This document shows positions 58,194 through 64,000 of a stretch of 64,000 bases of DNA, piece after piece. Source of the DNA: Pirellulales bacterium (GTDB lineage Bacteria; Planctomycetota; Planctomycetia; Pirellulales; JADZDJ01); the NCBI GenBank assembly GCA_963820835.1, contig CAWGBP010000036.1:32046-96045 (forward strand). The letters are read 5' to 3'. The translations under genes and the position numbers were made by a program. Position 1 is the first letter of the stretch. Every line of letters starts with the position of its first letter. The notes under the pieces were generated by a model. The model saw nothing but the letters and a program-made list of their open reading frames with translations, was not told where the DNA came from and made no database searches.

Positions 58194-61100
58194 TTACGGT
58201 GCTGGCGCGGTGCCTAGCAAGTTCTCTTCCTCTTCTTCTTGAATAATGATTCGCGGCGTGACCATCATCATCAAACTGTTGGTGGTGCGGCCGATGCCGA
58301 CATTGCGGAACAGGCGGTTGATGTATGGCAGTTTACTCAGAATCGGCACACCGGCTTCGTTGCGGCCTTCGCTTAGACGTTTGATGCCGCCCAAGAGCAC
58401 GGTGCCGCCATCGGGCACGCTAACGGTGGTCGACACCGACTCGACCGCGAGTTCGGGCAATTGCACCGTAGTGCCTTCGTTAATTTGCGTACTGCCGTTG
58501 CTGGCCGCAGTATCGTCGCCAGCCTTGGAATCGGACGAATTGCTGATGGTGGTCGTCGTGCCGGTGAATTGGAATGTTTGCACGTCGCCAATGGTGCTGA
58601 AATAGGGCACAACCGTCAGGCGTACAAACCGCCGGTCGCTCGAAACCACGGCCTGAACTGTGAGCGCGGTGCCTTCCGCGAGCACGACGATGACGGGTTG
58701 CTGCGCGGCGGCAAAATCGCCGACCACCGGAATAATTTCTGTCACGAACGGCCTGAACGTTTGATCCTGCACGGTTGCTGTTTGACCGTTGAAAAGCGTA
58801 ACCTTGGGCGCCTGCATCACATTGCTGCGGTTGTCGCCTTGCGCGGCTGTGATCAAGAAATATGCTTCGATATCGCTCAAAATCGCAAAGCCAAATGTTG
58901 CGGCTTGAGACGGATCGAATCCGAGCCCCGGGAATGTCGGGGGCGTCGAAGCGGAAAAACTACCTTGGCGAAATTGGACATCTTGTAGCGGCGTGACCAT
59001 ATTGGTGGGCGACAATCCGACAACGGCACTTGGATTGACCCCATTGAACGACGGAGCACCGGAGGGGAGGCCGGCACCGGGCTCCGGCGGCGGGTTGGGC
59101 GCAGTAGTGTGGCTGGCAATATTGAAATCGAAATTTACGCCAATGCGTTCGAAAAAGTCGTCGTTGAGCGTGATGAAACGCACCTCGATCGTCACTTGCA
59201 GGTCTTGCAAGCGGCGAAGCTGCTGCAGCAAGTCGGCGATTTCTTCATGCTTTTCCTGCGTCTGATAGATGACGAGGCTCAAATTCGTGTCGAACGGCTC
59301 GATGGTCCCGCCGTCTGGATTCACGTCGCGCCAAATGGTTGGCGGACCGACGGTATCTTGAATCAGGTTGATCAGCTGATCGAAGTCGGCTTGCGAACCA
59401 CCTTTGGCGCCACCCGGTCCGCTGGCTGCGAAGGGATTGCCTTGATTGACGCCCGTTTTCGGCGGGCCGCCGCTGCCGATGGGCAAACCAAGGGCCGGCT
59501 GCACCTGAGCGAGCGTTAGCGGGTTAACGGAGCTTTTATCATTGGACGCCATTGCGATCGGGCCCATGGAAGATACACTGCCGCCGGCCGCACCGCTCCA
59601 ACCCATGCGCGAGTAGGCCTCGCGCAAGGCGCCATTCAGCCCATCGCGACCGTCGGAAATGAAGTTTGGAATGGGAATGACGAGGTCAGCCACGTAGTAA
59701 GTGACTGGGTAGAGTTCGCCGTTGCGCATATCTTGGCTAGTTATCTTCAACACTTCGTCGCTGACGATGTATGTCAGCCGCAGCGGGTCGAGAATGAGCT
59801 TAAGTGCACTTTTGAGCGAAATGTCTTGGCTCAGGTCAATCGTCACCGGCGTATCGCTGCCCACGCCTTCGGCCGCTAAACCCTTCGGGTCGAGGTAGAC
59901 GGGCACCTGGGCAATTTTGCCGAGATATGAAATGACTTCGTTCAGCGGCCGCTGCTGAAATTTCAGCGAAACGGGAGTGGTCAAACGCTGCTCGATCTCA
60001 AGATCTTTCGGCGAGCGGCGGAAGTTTCCTTCCTTGCCGAATTTCCCGCGCTTATTCGTCAGATCGGTCCATTTTTTCAAATCGGGCATTTCATACGGTC
60101 CGACGAAAGGAACGGCCGATTTATCAACGTCGTACATGGCCTGATAGAAGCCGTCTTCTTTCGCGTCCTTCACATCTTGCTGCTGCGCCATGCGCTGCAG
60201 GAACTTGGCCATCAGATTGAGTTGCGTCACGACCGGATTTCGCGGGTCGAGCTCGGCACATTCCTTGGCCACGACGCGGGCTTCCGCATAGCGTTGTTCT
60301 TCGACAAGCTTATTGAACTGATCGACCTTGTAGGCGAGCTTTTCGTCGACCACGACTTTTTGCTTGCGCTGCTGATCGACTTCGGCCTCGATTTTTTGAT
60401 TTTTCTCGTCCAATTCAATTTGCGGCGCGTTTTGCGCGATGTGCTTTTGCATGTCGGCAATGCTCATATCCAACCGGCGCAGCAATTGTTCGCGGCTCAC
60501 AGGATCGAGATCGGAGTTGGCTGCGACCGTGGCCCGCATGCTTTGCAACAGTTCGAGCGCTTGCTTAGGCTTTTTCTCTTTCAGGTCGCGGGCAGCGCTT
60601 TGTTGCTTGGCGACTTCCGCCGCGACCTGGCGCGCCGAGGGTTGATTGGCGGCAGTGGGCGCGGCAGGCGCTGTGGCCGAGGCGGTGATCGCACCGGCGG
60701 AAAGGCCGCCATTAGCGGTCGACCCTGCAACGGGTTGATTCGAATTTCCGGCTCCGGCATCGATTTGGGCCACCGTTTCCGCTTGAACGCCCAGCATTTT
60801 CAAATGATCTTGCAGTTGGCGGCGTGTTTCGGGATCGAGCTCGGCTTGAAAGGCCCACGCGCGGCGGAAATCGTGCACTGCCTCTTGCGAATTCGATTGG
60901 CTCAGCGCCTGCAGCCCTTGTTGGAACCAATGGCGCCCTTCGCCCGTACCGGCATCAGGCGATGGAGAACCCATGCCTTGCGGCGCAAGCGCCGTATCGC
61001 CAATTCCCATGGGCAAACCAGCGGGAATGCCTGACGGGGCGCTATTTGCCACGGCACGCTGCACTACAGGTGGCGATTCTTGTGCCGCGGCTGTCATGTT

Positions 61101-62355
61101 TCGTGTGGCATCGGCCTGAGGATCGTAAACCGCGCAGCGCCGGGTAGCGACTGTCGTCGGACGCGTTTCCATTGGCGTGAATGACGCCAGATGACGTTTG
61201 CTTCTTGGCGCGTTGAATATCGAGCAGCACCAGACTGGGGCGATCCTCGCGCGGCGCATAGGCGGAGTCGGGCGCCAATGTTTCTGCCTGATGCGCAAGC
61301 CGTTCAGCCAGCGCGGCGTTGCCTTCGCTCAGCGCCTTGCGCGCTTCGGCCGTCAATTCCAACGCTTGCGCTTTTCCGCCATCACCAGCCATTTTCATTG
61401 CGCTTGCGCCGAGTGTGGCCGCGGGGGCCAACGTGCCTGGCACGCTTTGCAGGTTGCCGGTAGCGGCGGCTGGATTGTCGTTGGTGGCATAATAGTCGGG
61501 CGATACCAGCGGCGGCGCGTTCGCATAGCGGCTGCCAACCATGCCCGTTGGTGATTCAATCGGCGTCGAAATGGGCACGGCGCCCAGCGCTTCGTTTGCA
61601 GTTGGAATGCTGTCGCCCGGCGGCGGTGATGCGGCCGCGGCCATGTTCGTGCTAGGGCTCGTACTGCCAGGGAGCGTTGGCACGTTTGGAGGCTCGATGT
61701 CCCAAGGGTTCGGCCCCTCGTCTCTGATCGAACTCAAACGGTTCGCCGGCGAGGTTTGTGATTGTACGCCAGGCGACGAAGAATTCATGCTGCCCTGCGA
61801 ACCATAGCCACGAGCGGCAAGTTGCTGGGCCGTCATGCCCGGTTCCGTCGATCGGCCTTGCGCGGCAGGCGGATTATAGCGGTTCGAACCGCTGGTGGTT
61901 TCGGCCAGGCTGTTGGCGCTTGTGCCGGCGGCTTCCACCGACGGACGAGTCAAGAACGGATCGCTGGATGCGCCCGATTTGCCGCTGGCGGCGGTCTTAC
62001 CGGCGAACTTGCCTTTTTGGGCGGCGAGCTTTTCCAAATCGGCGTGGGCTCGTTTGGGAGTATCGCCGGAATAGAACAACGGATATTTCGGACGCAAGGC
62101 GTCGGCCTGTGCAATTTTGGAAGCGGCCGCATCGAGATTGCCGCCGTTCATTGCTTGGCGAGCTTCGCGGAGCAAATCGTCGGCTTGTTTCACGGCGGCG
62201 GAATTTCCGTCGTCGCCTAAACTGGCCGCGCCCATCAGCATGGCTAGCGCAACCGATTGCGAGCCGGCCCAACACAACGTCGGAGCGGCGGCCAAAGTGA
62301 ACGCACAAAACGCGGCAAAAATCTTGGTCGTGGTATTCAACGCACGATCCTCCAT
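58194..62355 (-). CDS. secretin (type II/III secretion system / GspD-PilQ family) with a very long N-terminal extension; probable frameshift near 61127-61131
   Basis: The C-terminal secretin domain runs ...TVSVPDGGTVLLGGIKRLSEGRNEAGVPILSKLPYINRLFRNVGIGRTTNSLMMMVTPRIIIQ. ORF 58194..61298 has no signal peptide. The overlapping upstream ORF 61042..62355 has one (KIFAAFCAFTLAAAPTLCWA) and the same repeat style. The frames can be joined by a 1-nt change in GCGGTTT. Confidence 0.7.
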
Positions 62356-62709
62356 GATCGAGTCCCACCCGAGGAGCGAACGATCTTTCTAAACTGAATT
62401 TGTTGGGAAGCTTCTTGCTTTCGGCGCAAAGCGCTCGCGAAACCGTTTCGTCGCCGGCCAAAGAAAAGACAACCACTGGCCGAATCGACATGTTTCGCAC
62501 AACGCCGGCGCGTGGTGCGCCGACGGAGCATCTTCGCGGCAAAGCGCTTCCGCTGTACCGGAAAAATGGCAGACGAGGGCGGGATAAATACAGGCGGCCA
62601 AAACAGCGGTCAAGGTCACTTGCGCGACAATGCGAAAAATTCTTCATGTGCACCAGTGCTAGCAACTGGCGCGGCGGAGAATTATGGCAAATTTAAGCCC
62701 AGAAGCGGC

Positions 62710-64000
62710 TCATCCGTCTCCGGCGTTTCCTCCGGCAGCCGGTGCCGGGTTCTTTGGCACATTCGTGCGCTGCTGATAATCGTTCAGCGTCGCGGCATCA
62801 ACGGCCGAATCAGAAACGTTCAATTTGCCATTTGCGTCGAAAAACAGCAGCTCGATGGGCCCTTTCGATTTGCCGGCGGCCAGCGGATCGTCGCCGCGAG
62901 CGTCGAGCAGCATGTCGAGATTTGCGTTGAGCGATGGCACTGTCACCTTTTGGAGAATTGCCGAGGCAGCCATATCGGGCACGTTATCGATCTTTACATC
63001 TTTGAACCAAGCAAACGCACCCAGCGGCAGCTCAAAATCCTTGGTCACCTCGACCCAATCAGAAGTTTTATCGTCCTTCACGAGTGTCAGAACGTTGATT
63101 TTCGCCACAGGCTCGCCGCCTGCGCCGCGCGGGGTGGAAACATCGTCGGCCAGCACCTGGACGTCCTGTGGAACGCTCACCAATCGCGTTTGTTCGCTCC
63201 AAGGCGATTCGACCAGCCGCTTTTTGGCACTGTCTGGATTCTCCAAGTACTCTGGCTTGACATCAAAATTTGGATTCGTCAACACCAATAGAATTCGATA
63301 GCGGTAGGTTTTGCCTTTTTCGACTGTCGTGTCGATAAAGCGAAACAGCTTGTACGGCGGCGTCGGGACAGCGACCGTGCTGTCGCCATTGTTAGCAACA
63401 AAATTATTCGGACGAATAGCCGGCGCGGAAGGCGCTGCGCCAAAACCGCCGCCGGCAGGTCGCGCTGCTGGCGCTATAGCGACAGGAGGCCTTGCCGCGG
63501 GTGCAGCCAGCCCAGGCAGACCACTGCCTTCCAACGGATTCACAGGAATCGGATTCGCGTCGCCACCGGGTCCGGTTGGCTGGTCGGCGCTGCCTTGCGG
63601 CCGTAAGAGGGCGACTTTGGGGTGCGACGCTTCAAGGCCCCACATTTTCAAAAACACCGGCGGCAGCGGCCAGGTGGTGTACAAATTCAATGCGCCACTA
63701 GGTGTTGTTTGCATCGGGAAAATGTAGGCCGAATCGACAATTTCCGGATACGGCCCGGGGTCCCACTTGTTGGCATCGGGGCGGCCGCCATCGGGCACAA
63801 GCGCATGCCAATCAAGATCGACCCATTGCAAATTCGGGTCGGCGCCGCTGGCTTCAGCGCGCTGGACTCTGAAGAAGTAGTAGTTTGGTGAATCGGGCGA
63901 GGCTAGCGCGGTAGCGGCCGTAGCGCCTCCCATTGTCGGTGCTGCGGCGGCAGTCGGACGATCTACTTTCACTGCATAGTCGAAGCGGCGCTTAAATTCA
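62710..64000 (-). CDS. hypothetical Pro/Ala/Gly-rich protein, 5' end outside the window
   Basis: The frame stays open past the listed GTG at 63972 to the window edge (...EFKRRFDYAVKVDRP...). Stop codon is at 62710. It lies 354 nt upstream of the secretin start on the same strand. No recognised family. Confidence 0.6.
   Translation of the reverse strand, partial: EFKRRFDYAVKVDRPTAAAAPTMGGATAATALASPDSPNYYFFRVQRAEASGADPNLQWVDLDWHALVPDGGRPDANKWDPGPYPEIVDSAYIFPMQTTPSGALNLYTTWPLPPVFLKMWGLEASHPKVALLRPQGSADQPTGPGGDANPIPVNPLEGSGLPGLAAPAARPPVAIAPAARPAGGGFGAAPSAPAIRPNNFVANNGDSTVAVPTPPYKLFRFIDTTVEKGKTYRYRILLVLTNPNFDVKPEYLENPDSAKKRLVESPWSEQTRLVSVPQDVQVLADDVSTPRGAGGEPVAKINVLTLVKDDKTSDWVEVTKDFELPLGAFAWFKDVKIDNVPDMAASAILQKVTVPSLNANLDMLLDARGDDPLAAGKSKGPIELLFFDANGKLNVSDSAVDAATLNDYQQRTNVPKNPAPAAGGNAGDG

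Noticed and set aside
60177-61034. 285-aa plus-strand ORF inside the secretin N-terminal region
   Set aside because: It is the antisense of a repeat-rich coding region, Leu/Arg/Gly-rich, with no support.
61997-62665. 222-aa minus-strand ORF spanning the secretin start and the upstream spacer
   Set aside because: It is out of frame with the signal-peptide ORF, Arg/Ser/Cys-rich, and has no start context.
1-64000. Search for CRISPR arrays, rRNA genes, integrases, restriction-modification or other known defence genes
   Set aside because: I saw no regularly spaced direct repeats, no rRNA-like conserved blocks, and no recombinase, nuclease, helicase or methylase motifs. The only mobile DNA is the two IS elements.

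Overview
High-GC bacterial chromosomal segment. The gene content looks Planctomycetota/Pirellulales-like (inference only): DUF1080, a giant thioester alpha-2-macroglobulin, a secretin with a very long N-terminal extension, an orphan Flp pilin, pilin-like N-termini, and many signal-peptide hypotheticals. I can support about 50 protein genes, one tRNA-Met(CAU), two ~0.9-kb IS5-family elements each flanked by a TTA target duplication, and two hairpin terminators. Housekeeping genes are thrS, aroA, lpxA, tmk, cmk and plsC. I saw no rRNA, CRISPR array, prophage or recognisable anti-phage system. Main observations: (1) A hybrid histidine kinase (49262-50951, minus) has three N-terminal TM helices that align without gaps to the plant ETR1 ethylene-binding domain, including all Cu/ethylene-binding residues. 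It is followed after a 5-nt gap by an AMI1-like (indole-acetamide-hydrolase-type) amidase, which makes this a candidate phytohormone-type sensor/enzyme unit. (2) At least 11 genes carry single-base frameshifts, almost all at short homopolymers. They include cmk, plsC, the kinase and the amidase. This looks more like systematic indel error than decay, but it has to be resolved before any functional claim. (3) An IS5-family element has split the DUF5615 partner of a DUF433/DUF5615 toxin-antitoxin-like pair. The ORF can be rebuilt exactly across the TTA duplication. (4) A diverged ghost copy of the Fe-alcohol-dehydrogenase 3' end lies 1.9 kb downstream of the intact gene and brackets the TA cassette. 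(5) A 2044-aa thioester A2M is co-directional with an unknown membrane protein and an ABC exporter, with no PBP1c partner. (6) A secretin probably continues through a frameshift into a signal-peptide-bearing ~440-aa N-terminal extension. Product calls rest on motif recognition from memory. No database search was possible.
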